Of a stretch of 64,000 nt of DNA, positions 44,029 to 59,900 are shown piece by piece. Position 1 is the stretch's first letter, and each line of letters begins with the position of its first letter. Under the pieces are notes generated by a model, which searched no databases, was not told the origin of the DNA, and saw only the letters and a program-made list of their open reading frames with translations. The translations under genes and the position numbers were made by a program. Source of the DNA: Epiperipatus broadwayi (Eukaryota; Animalia; Onychophora); assembly GCA_028023455.1 (NCBI GenBank), contig JAQFVV010000001.1:23622001-23686000 (forward strand), read 5' to 3'.

Positions 44029-46099
44029 TCATTACTTTATGAGGATATAAGGTAATGTTGGTAAATATTAGCATTAGTGTCAATAATAAATTTAAATTTT
44101 ATATAATTATAATTTTTGATAGTCAAAATTCAAATTAACTATAGTTCATAAGATAGCAAAATAACATATACATATCCAATGATTCATCACTTCCAATACT
44201 TTTCCATGTAAAGTTACTTTAGAGTTTTTTTAAATTAATATAATTTCTCATATCTTCCAATGACTGTCATTATTTAATAGATATTTGAACACACACTAAT
44301 GCAGCACTGCTAGGATAACTTTACTTTTTCTATTCAGTCATTTAAACTAATAAAAATGATCAATAAAAATAATCAATTTTAAAACTTCTGAACTGATTAA
44401 AAATGAAATGGCAAATTAATTTAATAAAAGTTCAGGAATAGTTCAAGAATAATCAAGTTTTATTTTCCAGTTTTCTTTTTATAATGGCTTTACATGTGCA
44501 TTTTACTGCAGTATATGTAATCAATACAGTTAAAATATGGAGGTGGGATCTTTTAAACACTAGCATATTTTCAATCTTTTAATAAATCTGACTTTGAACT
44601 TTTTAATCAAGACTATCTACTCACATGATATCTAGACTAATAATTATCACAATTAATTTTATTTAATTATTAAATAAATTATTTATTTGACTCTAATAAA
44701 AATTACTTATTTATTTTTAAATTAAATATTGTTTTATTCAAAATATATGCTTTTTATTTTATTTAAAAGCTTGTAATATTGACATTTTTTAAAGTACTTT
44801 TATAAATATAATTTTTAATAATTTCTTTTAAAAATTCCAATCTTTTACACATATGCATAAAAACCTATATACACATGCATACTAAATATAACCAATATTT
44901 TATAAATAATGAAGGCAAACTAATTCAAAAATTTATTCAAGTTCAGACTCATTCCAATTAGTCACTTTTGAATTTAATGCCTCAAATTTTAATCTCAGAC
45001 AGATATTATACTAAATAGAACTTTATGAATCACTATTTTAAAGCTATTATCTAAAAAACTAACAAAGTCATTAACACAAATAAAATAACAATATTTTAAA
45101 TAATAAAAATAATTTTGTTTACTGCATATATATATAAAACACAGCATGCTTCAAATTAATTTAATCAAATTTAAACTACTAACTTTGAACTTTTAAATAA
45201 ATACTAAGTTAGCTAAATGACATTATTTTATCAAATTATTATTCAAATTTGTTTAATATATTGCTTTATTACTAAACTAGAACATTTAATTAAGAGTTAT
45301 GTAGTTTAATACTAAAGAAAGTTATTTATTACAATTTTAAGTTAAATTTTAAAAAAAAAAACATTACAGAATTACAAAAAATATAGTTAATCCATAAGGC
45401 TAAATATATTGTTACAATATATAAAAAGAAGATTGCCATTATTTTAAAAATCTTTTTTATAACTTTCTGAACTTTCATGTATTTTACATGTAAATCATGA
45501 GCTAAAAATCTACTGATTAAAAAAAACTGTTAATACTCATAATGCTATTTATCAATTTAAACTTATTTGAGTAGACATAAAATGTGTAGAAGCATAATGT
45601 CAGAGAATGGGCACAATATTTACATAAATATTCTAAAGTATTCTCCAGTTCTGTCATTAGAACATTTAACAATTGAAACTTTTTATACAAGTTACCAACT
45701 TATTCAAACTAATACAAAATATTCATCCTTCTTGAAATATCAGATCTGTTCTTGCCTGTTTATGCTCATTATAAAGTGCTCACCTTGCCACACTCCACAA
45801 AATACCTGACATAAATAAAATTTAAGAGATTACCTTTTTTAAATAGTTAAAATCACTTAAAAAAGTATTTATAATAAATTTATGTTCCAAAAAAAAAAAA
45901 AAAAAACTTTTTAAAATGAGGAAAATATAATACACCTCAGAAAAAAAGTTAGCAAATAAATAAATATAGCATAATGATTGAAAATACAACTATTTTCTTA
46001 AGCCCTAAATAAATATAAAAATTAATAAACAAACTAAAATAATATTAATTGGATTATTTCATCACCATCATTAATTATCTGCATGAACATTATTTTAAC

Positions 46100-47600
46100 A
46101 ATACAATCAATAAATACAAACAGCACGCCTTTTTTGTCCATTTTCTGTGACATTCAGAGACTCACAAGTATAATATTTTTAGATCATCAATCAATTTTTT
46201 AATTAACTCTTTTTTATCATTCATGAACGTTTCCAAAAATACTTTTAGAGTTTTTCTGTCTTTAATTACATGCCTAATACTATTTTTCTTCCATTTACTA
46301 ATTTTTTCAGTAAATAATATTTTTAATAATTCTTTTTAATGCTTAAACATTTTTTAAGTTTATTTTCTTCATTTTCACTCAAATTCACAATTAAAATTTC
46401 ATACTTTTTTTTCCTTAGCTCTTTTTTTTATTCATCCAAATCTTTATTCCTTAAAAAGTAATCTTCAAAATATTTACCAAGTCTTTTTTTTGATTCACAA
46501 TATAATTTTCTACCTTTATTAAAAGCATGTTTAGCTATTGTAACATTCATAATAATATTTTTGTTATGATTTCTATCCTCAAATAAACCAAATTTCATAT
46601 ATAATTAAAAACATTAATTTGGTCTAATAACTTATTATCCTTTTTTCATTTAGCATTTTATTACCTCACTATAATTTCTTAAAATTTGAATATGTTGATT
46701 TCTATCCTAAACATTACCAATTATATCAATCCTAAATAATTAAGTTCATTTGCAGTATCTACAAGTAATATCATGCCATTAGCAAAATGTAAGCAATGAG
46801 CAAGCATATCAATTCTTAATATAAAATCCATCCTTTTAAAACCATATTCATTGAGAAATACATTGAAATAAATATTATATAAAATATAAAATAAATGACA
46901 TTTTTGTCATACATTTTACACTATATTTATCTATTCTGAAAGAATGTTAATTAAACATATGATATTTTTTATTTGTGTACAAATTTTGTAACATTAATCT
47001 CTTCTCCCAATTTTTAATTTTTTTCTCCAAAATACCTAATAAATTAACACAATTCTTTCTATCAATAATCTTATCAATTTTAATGAAACAAATATTAACA
47101 TCTCTTTCTATATTGTACATGTAAATAAAACATTTTAAAAATAATCCCAACAACAACTTGATAAAAGTTTTTGAATTCGATGCATCTTTTATGACTTTTC
47201 CAATCATGATGGATTTAAAGTTAAATGTGCATAAATATCCCCTGTAACAATATACTCGTGAAATAAATTAAGGAATATTCACAATAAATCTTAACATTAA
47301 TTTTCCCATGTTAAAAACTTTAAGATATATCAAGTTAATTCATCAATAAGTTTTACTTCAAATTATTCCTTCATTTCTCTTTATTTAATAGTTTCATAAG
47401 TTTTTAAATAAACATCAATAACTTTAGATAACTTTATAACACTGTAATATATCTCTATTATTGGTATTCACAATTAAAAGTTCAACAGACTCATATAATT
47501 CTTTATTCTTTTAATATTCCTTTCTTTTTTTTCCTTTCTTAGGTTAATATAACTCTGTTTGCTAATATAGAAGTAATCTTCATTTAGATCAGATTTTATC
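46100..47600 (-). pseudogene. Degenerate LINE RT (RTE-like) remnant
   Basis: Minus-strand fragments NICFIKIDKIIDRK (compare CFIDxxKAFDR), QGDIYAHL (compare RQGD) and LHFANGMILL (compare LFADDMVLL). Heavily interrupted. Confidence 0.45.
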
Positions 47601-50194
47601 TCATATTAAAACATGATAAATATTAATTCTTCTTTTCACCTGTTCTATCATTTATTTCTCATTAAGTATATGCTAAATATTTTCTTATTTTATTTTTTCC
47701 AAGCTATTCATAACATATCAATTATTTAATTCAACAAGAAAATTAGTTTCAACTAAATTTATTACTATTTAAAGTCATTATCTCTAAAATTTGATAAATT
47801 AATTTTATAAGTTTTGAAAATTTATATCTCTGTATTTTATATTTGTTCCTCCATTTTAATATATTCTAATAAAATTTGTTATTTTGGTATATATAAACAA
47901 ATGTTTTCTTATATTATAGCAGATATATTTCCTTTTAAGTAAATATAGTTGTCTTTTCTTTTTCATCGTTATTCCAAACAATAATAATAAATTTAGCTTT
48001 TCTTTTAGAATCCCTTTAGATATCATTTTAGTTATGAGTTGACTTTCAGGATTGCCATTAGGTTGTAATTAAGAAACTGATTTAAACGCACTCCATGACA
48101 TTAATGATTATTGTATAATATATTATATCTTTAAATAGCTTTTGACTATTATTTTTACTGTTTAAAATATTAAAATATTTTAAACTTTTTTTTATACTTT
48201 ATACCAACAAAAGTGAAACAGTTATTCACTTTTTTCTTCTTCAATACTGTAGATAATGTGACATCATTAAAAACAATTAATTTGATGCTATTTGTCAATA
48301 CTGAAATCAACTAGCAAATTTTTATGTACTTTTTTTTTTTAAATAATCAAAAGCAATAAATATTTTACAAACGAAATTAACTTCAGTAATTTTTAAAACT
48401 GAAATTTTAAATATAATTATGATTTTAATATGTAATATGATTAATTGACTTCAAATAAGAAGTTTAATAATAAATAATTATATTTAAAACATATTATTAT
48501 AGTTTTAAAAATAAATGATTATCTTGTAATAAATAATTGTTCATTCTTTTATTTACTAGAATCCTATAGAGTAATATATTCATCTTTAAAGGAGCACTGT
48601 AATGAAAATAAATTAAGATTAAATTTAGTACTATTGCAGTTTTTACTGAATCTAATAAATCTATATAAGTAAAGATGTTTGTATGGATTGAAAACTATTA
48701 TATTAAAATTATATAATGATTTATAGTATAAATAAAGAATCGGTAATACATATCTCTACAGAATTCTACCTTTAAACTTTATGTATTAAGTTATTTATGC
48801 ATGTTATATCAAAATCTATAGCATTATAATTATCTAAAATTTGAAATTAAAATTTTTGAGCTATAATATATATTTTATATTTTACTAAAAGGTTACAATT
48901 TATATGTATTTAATAATAGTCTGTTTTATTATAGTTTTTTCTTCTACTCCCTTTAAATATACATGATTCTTTGACATAAGTATATCTAAGCTACACCCAA
49001 CATGGTTTGATGCGGTTGGTACAGTGTCTGACTTGGAATTGGGAGGTCTCAAAATCAATTCTGCTGCTCACAGATCTGATGCTCAAACTTCTTATGAACT
49101 CCTGAACAATTAAGCCATATGCATTTTTTAAATATCTAATCAGTTATAAATGTATTTATTGAATATTTTCAATAATACCTTTACTAAGACCCCCCCTCCT
49201 AAAATTACATTTTATTGGATTGTATACTTTTCTGTAGAGGTTTCACAATTATTGAAAGTCTCTTGAGTCATAGATTATATTACAACTATAAATTAATCCT
49301 TTCAACTCTTCTTTAATACCTTCAGTAATTCAATAAAATTTTTCTTTATCTTATTTCATTTTAGCTGTAGGGTTTTGCAACTATTTTTCTATTAATACAT
49401 AATTCATTTTATTCTTATTTATTATGTTTTTTGATTATTATTAATACAGATACAAACTTATTATGGAACTTCTGTATTATAATTGCTGTCCGTGTTTGCA
49501 ATGGAAGAAGGGGGGGAGGTGAGTTTGTTTGTGACAGCAGAATGCCATATTAAAAAGTCAAATTTTTAACAATACAAAAGTATAAATTGGTACACAAAAA
49601 TAATAAACATATTACAATACTAAATAAAAACAGATAGTTGTGATTTTTTAATATGTTATACTGCCCATCGTAAACACCCTCTCCCCCACTGGAGAAAGAT
49701 ACAATATTCTGCCATATCAAACACCATGAGCAAATCTAATATGTAAGTACTCTTATTATTTATGTTATATAAATCATCTTTATGATCTTTACATCCCTGT
49801 ATTATGTTAGTCTTTTTTTCAAATATTACATTTCTGTGGGTCTGCTTTTTTTAATCCAAAGTCATTTTACTTTACTATAAATTAAATACAGTAAATCTTT
49901 ATTTTATAATTCTATTTATTCCATTAGATTGCTATTCTAACCATAATTATTTACATTCACTGTTATATTCCTGTTTCATTGTTAAGCTGTTTCTGCATAT
50001 TTTTTACTACTACAGATTGTATATAATTAAACTTTTTAATTTTTATTAATCAATCCATTATTATTCAAAAAGTATAATATACAATCATTTGCTCTTTATA
50101 TTGTATTGTTTACTACAATTTAATTTACAAGAACTAAGCTTCCTGCATTCATTATCTGAAACCATTCATTTTATTTAAAAAGATTTTTGAAAAG

Positions 50195-50510
50195 CACTTA
50201 TCTTTTAAATTGATTCGAAATATTTCTAATTATAAGATCTAAATATTAACTCACTGTGAATTGAAAGATTTCACAAATGTTGATTTCTAGATGAGGTAGT
50301 GGACTTAATTAGTGAAGAACTTAATAACTTCACACTCTCAAATTAAAATGCTTTAGATTTGCCTATATAATTAGAAAGTAGGTTGAAGATAAGACAGCCA
50401 TTCTTATCTTTATAAAGTCATAGTCTTGTGTTAAGATTTGTAGAGGTCCCTCTCATGGTAAAATTGAACACTCAAGGTGCATAGTAGTAAGGTTAAAGCC
50501 TTATATGTAT
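50195..50510 (-). repeat. Second copy of the 24943-25277 dispersed repeat
   Basis: The reverse complement shares cctctacaaatct, gactttataaagataaga..tcttatcttcaacct, gcaaatctaaagcatt, ttcttcact and agatctta.a.ttagaaatattt. Confidence 0.75.
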
Positions 50511-53500
50511 TTATCTTTTTTTAGGTAATTTTATTCATATATTTTAAGAATGTATCTTAAAATAAGAAGTTTTAAGAATGCAGATAGAATATCATTTATT
50601 TAAATACCTATCAATTATCCAAAAAAAGTTCAAAAATGATCTATAACTTGTTATAATAAAAATATTACACTATTATACTGTAAAGTTTTATTTTGTTATT
50701 AATAAAATAAATTTATATAGTTTGCAGAAAATATTTATATATAAATAAAAATATAGATAGTAAAATTAATGTTTATGTAAATTTTAATCAGATCTTGGTT
50801 TTATAATAATGAGGCAAAATATTTATCTATTCTTGAAATTTAGAAAACTTACAAACCATAGATTTGAGATTAATAGTATTTTACCTTTACGTTAAAACTA
50901 TACGGTTTGTGCTATAAAAACTGATTCAAAAAATGATAGTAGTTAACTTTTTTTTTAAAAAAAATAAAGTAAATAGAAAATAACCCCTCATTGTCATTAA
51001 AATAAGTGGAACCTCTGATGACAAGTAAAAATAATAATTTACTGTTATTAACAGCCATACAATTAAACAAAATTAAAGATGAAATAAAAATGGTATAAAT
51101 GGCAAAATCAAAATGGTGACATGTAAAATTAAGCAAATCTAATTTTATAAATATGGCACTCCAGTACCATTTAAACAGAAAAAAAAAATCAAATCTTAAA
51201 TAGATCTGATATAACTTGTAACTAATAATAAATATAACAAAATATTCAAAAAGCATCTATAACTTTTAAAACCATCTATTTTTAAATAGCCTGAATTCAG
51301 AAAAAGATGGACTCTATGTGGACAATTTCTGTCTTTAATTATTTATATTGAGAAATTATTCAAAATAATTAAAAGATCAGTGTGGCATTAGCTCATAACT
51401 GTTTACAAAAATAATCTCTTCTAACTGTAATAAAAAAAATTTTGGTGCAGGAAAGTCATTAATTCAATGACAAAATACTCTCCATTTGAAAATTCAAATA
51501 ATTCTAAATAATAATAATAGTCATAATAATAATAACAATAATAATAATAATGAACACAAACTTTTACAGAATTGATTCCATATGATTAAGTCATCTCACT
51601 TCATTTACTAATCAATGATTTTCCACAAATAGGAAAAAAGAAATATTTAAACTGATAATGCCATCCTTTTGCCTTAGAAAAAATCCCACCGCCACCTATC
51701 TCAATCCTTAATAAAAATAAATAAGATTTGAAAATCTTATTTTAAATCTAATATCACAAAAACAGTATATTCAACTTTCTATCAAAAACAAAAAAAAACA
51801 AACAAACCAAAAAACATCAACTGCATGATTAATGTTCCACCAATTTATGCAAACAATAACAAAATTTAAGTAAATAAATCTAAGACTGAATCTGACTTCT
51901 AATTGGAATTTCCCACATTTCTTTATAATGACTGAGAATAGCTAACATTAATTCAGGAGAAAAAAAATCTAAACTGCATCTACATTTAAGTAAAAATAAA
52001 TAAAATTTTATAAAATGACAAAACTCATTCAATGTAATATTAATATTTTTTAATTCTAATTACATATTTTAATATAATTTTCAGAGATATTTTAAAACTT
52101 TATTAATTTTTTAAAGAATGTCATAATTTTATTTATTTTCTTTACTTTCATTCCACTAATCCCCCCCCCCCCTGCTAATATTATTTGCCTAAAATAAATA
52201 TTAATTGCAATCTTCACGTTTACCTACAAGCAAGTGATTACACACTCAAAATATTTCTTCATAAATTAATTTTATTTTTTAATTGCAATTAAATTAGCTA
52301 TCTATAGCAAATTCAGTTAAGAAGAAATAAGAAATATATATTTTTAAAGACGGAGGAGTAAATAAATTCTTTAAATATTTGATATTTATTATTTACTATT
52401 ATTGAAAATATTCAGAATTAATGATTGAATTCATTTTTTGGTGTTGCTATAAATTATGTAACATTCTATGATATTAACATTTTTTTTCTTTTAACCTAAT
52501 TTGTATTCACTAAATCTTATGCTAGAGAAGCAATTCTATGAAAATTTTTAACATCGGTTAATTGCTTCTAACTTGGAAACTAACTAAATATGCCTTTTTA
52601 AAAAAATTGTCATTTATAAAAACTGTAAACTTATTAATAACACACTTCTGAATCCCACTCTCTCTCATCACACCCTTTTTTGTTGATTTTGCAGAAATTA
52701 CTTTTTTCATTTTTTTTTTTTTTACTTAAAGAGATGTTTATTAGAAAATTTACATCATAAGATTACAGATGTATATAATACAAATACATTCTGGGATACT
52801 ATGTGGTATATAGCATGAAAATAAATTAATAATACATACCTAAATTTGAAAATGTATGTACTAATATACAGGATAACAAAAGTATATAACAATTCAAGAA
52901 AATGTAATTGATAAAGAGTAGTAGCAAAGTTGATAAATTTTTTATAGTGCTCATTAGTAATTATATCACTAGAAGTACACATATTAATTAACTCAAATAT
53001 TTTGAATTATCCTGAGATAAATTACAAGCCTGAAAAAATTTACATACATCAGAAGTCAACATACACGTGGTCATCAGTGAAGGTTTGTTATTAAAAGTAT
53101 TGTAGTCATGAGTATACCGTACTTTATATTTTCAGAATACAAATTACATCACCTTTTTTTTTTCCAGAAATTTAGAAATATTTGGATCAGCATCAATTAT
53201 TTTAATGATTTTATGGTCATGGTATTAGATGAGTTCATATATTCTAATAGTGACTTAGTATATCGCTTTGTAGCATTAAAGATTTAACAGTAGTTAAATT
53301 GTCTTTATTAATATTAGTGTTAATTATTTGTTCTGGATTCTTAACTTCGAATTTTAGTGATCTCTTTCTATTTTTTTCTCATAATTTAACATGATTACTA
53401 TCTTTAGATGATTTAAATTTTGATTTTCTGATACTTCTTTTTACTTAAAATAAAATGTGGACTATGTGTTGTCAAATTCCAATAATTATCTTTGAACAGG

Positions 53501-55871
53501 TATATGTGTCTTACATAAATACATATATTTGGTAACTTAAATGTAAAATATTAATTTATATTTTTCACAATATTTTACTTTAAGTTTAAATAAATATATT
53601 TACAAATCAAAACATAGATTAATAAAATACAATCAAATAAAAAATAAAATACAATTATGAATATAAACATTAAAAATAATATTAAAGTACTTAACATATA
53701 ATATTAATGTAATAGATACAAGTTGAAGTGTTGGAGGCAGGGATTCAGAAATAAAAGTTTCTAAGTCAGTTTTAAGTGGAGTAAAACAAAAAAAGTTTTA
53801 GTTTGGTGAACTGAAGGAAATTGTTGTGCTCAAGCTGTTATTAGGCTTTAAAATGTCATGTGACCTCTCATGCAACTAATGGTACAATTTGTCTTTTATA
53901 ATATAGTTCCTATCTATTTTATGGTGGTATCTTCTAAATTTCACTAAGTTTTTCTTTATTAGAATAAATCTTCCCATTACTAAAGCTGTTATTTCATCTT
54001 GATTTTTAGTTGTGCTTTCTCTATACATTTTTACATGATTCCATATTTAATATTTTGTCTACTATTTGAAAATAATTTTAATTATAATTCTTAAAATATA
54101 ATCAAAATTACAATTTCATTTCAGGGAATTTCCCTACTTTTATAGTAGCTTTCATGTGAGATAAATTTCATAGAAGATGCTAAATTTTTATTGGGATATG
54201 TTATGACTCTTTGATATTGATGCAAGTAATACCAAAGAGTTATTACTAATGAGAAGATATCTTAAAACTAAAATATGAATTTTTAGGTAGAGCATTTCAT
54301 TCTCTGAAGTCTCTTTTTCTCTTCAAACTATTTTAAAACTAAATTGAGATATATAGCTTTAACAATGGCATGATGTCTGATATCATTGAAGTTTCTAATA
54401 ATTCATCTATGGTATTAGTATATTTTATCCTTCATTTAATCAAAAATAAGGAATTGACAGATTACAGTTATCTAATTTATATTAATGATGTTAATAAAAC
54501 TTGTTTCTAGCATTGATATAGTTGATATATTAGTGGAATAATTTATAGTTAATTAGTTCTAATTTATTAATTCAACAGGATTTTATATGAAAGGCAGTAT
54601 AGTGGAGTATATGATTTTTTAATATAAGAAGCTCTAAGTTAATTAACACTGCATTATGATTTGCAATATTCTATTAATTTTTTTTATTATGAAATAGTTT
54701 GTATTATAATCCATCTCATTAATAACAAAAAAAAAAAATGTGCTACAATTTTATTTATGTATCCACTGATCATTGTAGTGTTCAGATAAAAATTTCTAAA
54801 AATTTGTTTAGTGATTCTAGGAGTATGGATAGCAAAAATTTTTTTATTGTCAATTGCCATGAGGATTGTTGGTGTCTTTAATGAAGAGCTTATAGTAGAT
54901 GTAAATTTTATAATCATAGCTTTAATGATTTTCAGGTTTAGACTTTTTAAAATTAATATTTTTCTATAGTACATACTATAACTACTATAAAATTTTGTTT
55001 AGCTATATTTTATGTGATCAGTAAACAGATAAAAAAATAGAGCTCTATGTTATACTCCTTTTATTTTAAATTCCTGTGATATCTTGGAAAAAAAACTTTA
55101 AATTATGATTGGATACATTTTTAATTTAATTATCAGTACAGTATCCAGTTAAGAAATATTGGATAATATTTATGATAGCTGACATACTAAAATTTGATAA
55201 TATATTATTGTTTAAGATTTGATAATTTACATTATCAAATATCATTTAAGTCAATCTATAGGCAACAATGATCAAACATGCAATTTTCATTTGCATTGAT
55301 GCTTATGAAGATGTGTAACCTTATAAGGTCGATCTGCAAGATTATTATGTTTGTTATTTATGTTTATGATTAAAGACTATTGTAGAGAATTGCAAAATGT
55401 TCAATGATTTGATTTAATCTTCAACTTTATTGAGTATAATTAGTGAATTTATAGAAATTTTATAGATTGATTATTCATTTACATGATATATTATAATGGT
55501 CTGTGAAATTGTTTTTAAAATACAGAGTTATCATTCGATTAACCTGATCACCATTTAAAATATGACTTATTTTCTTAATATATACTAATATCACATATAC
55601 GGTACTCATATTGCTAGCAACTCTCTTCATACAATATTGCCAAGTAGTGCAAGCTATAATAATCAATAAAGCCAGATGGTCATGTGATACTCTAATTGCT
55701 TAATATAGACATGAGGTTATTTTATTCATCTGATTTGACATCTATGCATCTTCCATGATTTTAATATTAGAATGATGTTTACTCAATGTTGGAAAAAATT
55801 GCCATTATGTTAAAAACTTTATTGCTATTTTTTTTATCAAAAAATTTTCATAAAGTGATAACAACTGCATA

Positions 55872-56244
55872 TAATATTAAGTCTTGAATGTCTTTAGAAA
55901 ATTTTTATTTAAATATTCCAATTACATTCAACAGTTAGTAATAGCGCACAGGTTAGTATATGCACAATGCTTTGAGAGATATTTTCTCCTTTCTTCTCCA
56001 GGTGTTGTTGGCCTGACCAGTGACAATATTAGATGGGAATCAAAATTAGTATCTTAGATTCTTGAATATTGAATTTTAAGGTGATGCTCTGAGTCACCGG
56101 TTAGTCTAACAATACCTGAAGAAGAGAGATGAGAATCAAAACATTGTGCATATACTAACCTGTGGACTATTACTAATAGTTGGATGTAATTGGAATACTT
56201 AAATAGAATTAAATTTTTCCAAAGACACTCAAGACTTAATATTA
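55872..56244. mobile_element. Fold-back / MITE-like element with about 155 bp inverted arms
   Basis: taatattaagtcttga..cacaggttagtatatgcacaatg..ccaggtgttgttggcctgaccagtgac pairs with gtcaccggttagtctaacaatacctg..cattgtgcatatactaacctgtg..tcaagacttaatatta. Confidence 0.85.
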
Positions 56245-56940
56245 GATAATGAAAATAGTCCATTATATAACTACAACTAAAATATGCATACTTGTGGTAT
56301 GACAATACAGTCTTGAAAAGAAAAATGTAATCATGTATTCTATCATTAAAATCTTATGGCACTAGTAATAATTTATAACTAAATTATGATTTTATTTTGT
56401 ATTTATATATTTATGTATATTATCAGTGGTAATCATATATTATAATATTGAAAATGTTTAGGCATTAATGTGATTGTAATAACTGTTTTATAATATACAA
56501 ATAATGCTTTCATCCACCAACATTCTATTTTAGGGTGTTGTTTTAAAAAAAATCTATCAAGAGACTGAGTATATTTCTTTCTCATTAAAACCTGTCAATT
56601 ATACAAAAAAAAAATCAATAAATGCAACAATTTTGATGATGAGGTAAACATTTAATGAACTATGTATACGAAGCACAGTATTTCATGACAAAAAAAAAAT
56701 TATCAATATTAAGAAACTTTGAATATTAATTATTGAACACTAAATTCAACTTTGAAAAAAGGCAAATAAAGATTATGCTGTAATGAAAAAAATTAATACT
56801 TATTAAAGTATTTTGTAAATATTAATTAACATTACAATAAGATATACTGCATTATAGTTTCACATATAATAAGAATATCCTATTTAAAAATATCTATGTA
56901 TCATAATTATTCTATAAACACATAAATTTCATCAAACAAT

Positions 56941-59900
56941 ATGGATGCACAACAATTTATGCAGTTTTTGAGATATAACCAACAAATGTTCATACAATTA
57001 CTACAATTTCAACAACAACAATAACATGTTTCTACAGGGAAAGTTAAACCGAGTCTAACCATAAACTCAATATGGCTGTTTAATTTTGAAAATCAAAGAA
57101 AAAAACTTTTCACAATAGAAACATTTGAAAAAAAATATTTTAGAGATGAAAAATATCAAAAATATTGCGCTAACTTGTTATTAAATAAAATTGGTGCAAA
57201 AACATGTGAAACAATTTTTGTTTTAGTAGCAGCAAATTCATTCTAGGACATAATGTACACTGAATTAATGAAATTTCTAAAATATTTAGGCTTCTAGAAA
57301 ATTGTTTTTGTTACTTAAAATCAATTTTTATCAAAGTATCAAACAGAACTACAATCAAGTGCAGATTTTGTCATAACATTATAAGCTGATTTTGAGAGAT
57401 TGTGAATTAAGCATTGATTGCTGATATTTGTTTCTGACTGCAATTCATTTGATGCCTCAAACATAATTCTGTCAGAAAATTTTGCTATAATCTGACCCAA
57501 AAATGTTGAATTTTCAAGTAATTAAAGCCATAGCACTGGAAATATAAAGATTCTACTCCAATGAGTTAGAACAAAATTTTTTAGCAATGATATCTACACT
57601 AGACACCAATAAAGTATCCCATTTAACACTGTATCAAAAATTAATAAAAAATAATTGAAGTTCAAAACAAAAACATCAAAAGCAGAGTTTATGCAGAAAC
57701 AAAATCAATCAAAACAAGTCTCAAATTTGTTGGTTTTTTTGGGGCATGGCAAATGATTTTTGAATTATTGTATCAAAATTAAAATGCATAGGATATTGTA
57801 AAAATGAGCACGTTTTGAAAATAACATTAATATATCTCATATACAACAAAGACAACATGAAATCTAATGGAGTTTAATTCATTATCAACATACACCAAAA
57901 ACAATATTTTTCATCTGGCAACAATGAATTGTAGCTTACTATTGTCAACATTGAAAATAACTCAAATAGACACTGGCTTGGGATATAAGTTTTTATCTCT
58001 GAATAAATTTATGCATATTAACTTAAAAACATCATTGCTACCAATAAACATCCATTTTCAAATTTTTACTCAAAATATCTTTATACCAGAATAAACAATG
58101 TAAACATTTTTTATAAAGGAACACCAACCTGAGGGAAATTTTTTATTGTGCTACACATTGTTAGGTCAGATATGGATCTGACAATTAAGTATTAATTTGC
58201 AAAATATTGATGATAGAAAGCATGCAATATTACATGCAGTCAATAACAATAAAGTGAATGAAATTACACAGACATATTTAAAGAAAATATTGTGTCCAAA
58301 TTATGAAGTTTCTCTGAAATGAAAAAGAAAAAAACATCATTGACTTTTCATTAAGAATGTAAAGTCTCTTTACACATTGGCTGGGTGTGTGGAAAAGGAG
58401 TTAGATTCTCTTCAAGAAGCCATAATTATCAAAACCTGAATCAATTAGAGATTACCATTAATTATTATTCCAAAACCAGATGGTGAAATATGCTTCTGTG
58501 TTCATTACAAAGTGGATATCAATGAATGCTTGACAGGATCACATGACCCTACATGAAAATTTGATAAAATTCTATATGAAACTAAATTTTTCTATCACCT
58601 GGACTTATTTAAAGCTCATCTACATTTATATGTAGATAATAAATCAAATATTAATACTGATAATTTTAACGTATAAAAGAATGTAAAAATAAGATGCACT
58701 ACTTATCATTTGGCATCAAGACAGCTCAATCTGAATTCAACTATCAGATCCTGAAGAAATTTCAAAAAATAGTCATATTTTGATAATATCATTATACATG
58801 AGGGAATAAAAAAGTAAAACAAATTTTTTCAAAGTGTCTTGATCAGTTGTGAACATATGATGAAGTACTTGTTATTTTGAAAATGTATATCAAATTCCTT
58901 GGGCCTATCATCAAATTCAACATGAGTCAAAGTCTCCTCAAAAATGTAAGCCTTTATGGAGATTCCTTGCCCTAAGTCAATAAAAACTTTGTGAACATTG
59001 TTGAGAATGGTAATATATTATTCTCATCTCATTCCAAACATTTCAATGTAGGCAATGCCATTGTGCATGATTCTACATAAAAATGCAAAAGAAAGCTCAG
59101 TGTGAAGAAACATTTGTCAAACTGAAGTTAGAAATTACAAATGACTGAGTATTGGTTTTACTCCATTCTCAGTTATCAGTACAACTACCATATGACAGAA
59201 GTGTATATGGTATCTTAAGAGTGCTACTTCATATTACTGATGGGCAGATATGATCAATTGCTTTTGCTACAAGGTATTTTACATTTGAAAAACAAAATTA
59301 TTTTCAACATGACAGAAAACCTTGCAATCATGTTTTTAGTTGGTCACTTTTGTAATATTTATTCACAAGCTTCTGAAAAACTACTAATCACTTGTGCAAA
59401 TTTTTAACAAAACATGAAACTCTCTTGCATGACTTCAGCACAGTAGTGCTCTCAGGCTTCAAATATATACTGATAAATTCAAATGCTAATTGTTTGTCTA
59501 GGATATCTATTCAATCAACTTCTCAAATTGATAGAACAATCAATTAAGAAGTCCATTAATTGTATAAGAAAATGATTCAGTCTCATTGAACAAAATCACC
59601 TACAAAACACTTCATGAAACAATTTACAAAAGTCACCAATTGACAAAAATTATAAGAGGCTCAAGAATTCTGTGATTCTGAAACTGCTATCATTATATAT
59701 ATATATATATATATATATATTGAACTGACTTTAGCATTGACAATAACATTGTTTTAGGGGCCATTGTTTTGTGGTTTCACAAGTACTACCATCAAATACT
59801 CTTCAAGAACTATATCATATCCACATGGAATGTCAAAAATGTAAATTAGCTAAATGCTATATTTATTAGTGCAACATTAATAAGAACATTGAATGACTAA

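Noticed and set aside
48995-49110. Possible tRNA-derived SINE head
   Set aside because: Only a vague resemblance; the B box is destroyed and there is no second copy in the window to confirm.
50292-50300. tgaggtagt (let-7 5' end); a similar gaggtagt occurs near 3106
   Set aside because: The match stops after 8-9 nt, there is no precursor hairpin, and the 50.3 kb hit lies in a dispersed repeat.
54200-55400. LIYINDV-like RT trace on the plus strand
   Set aside because: A single short motif in AT-rich DNA; flanking RT motifs were not recoverable.
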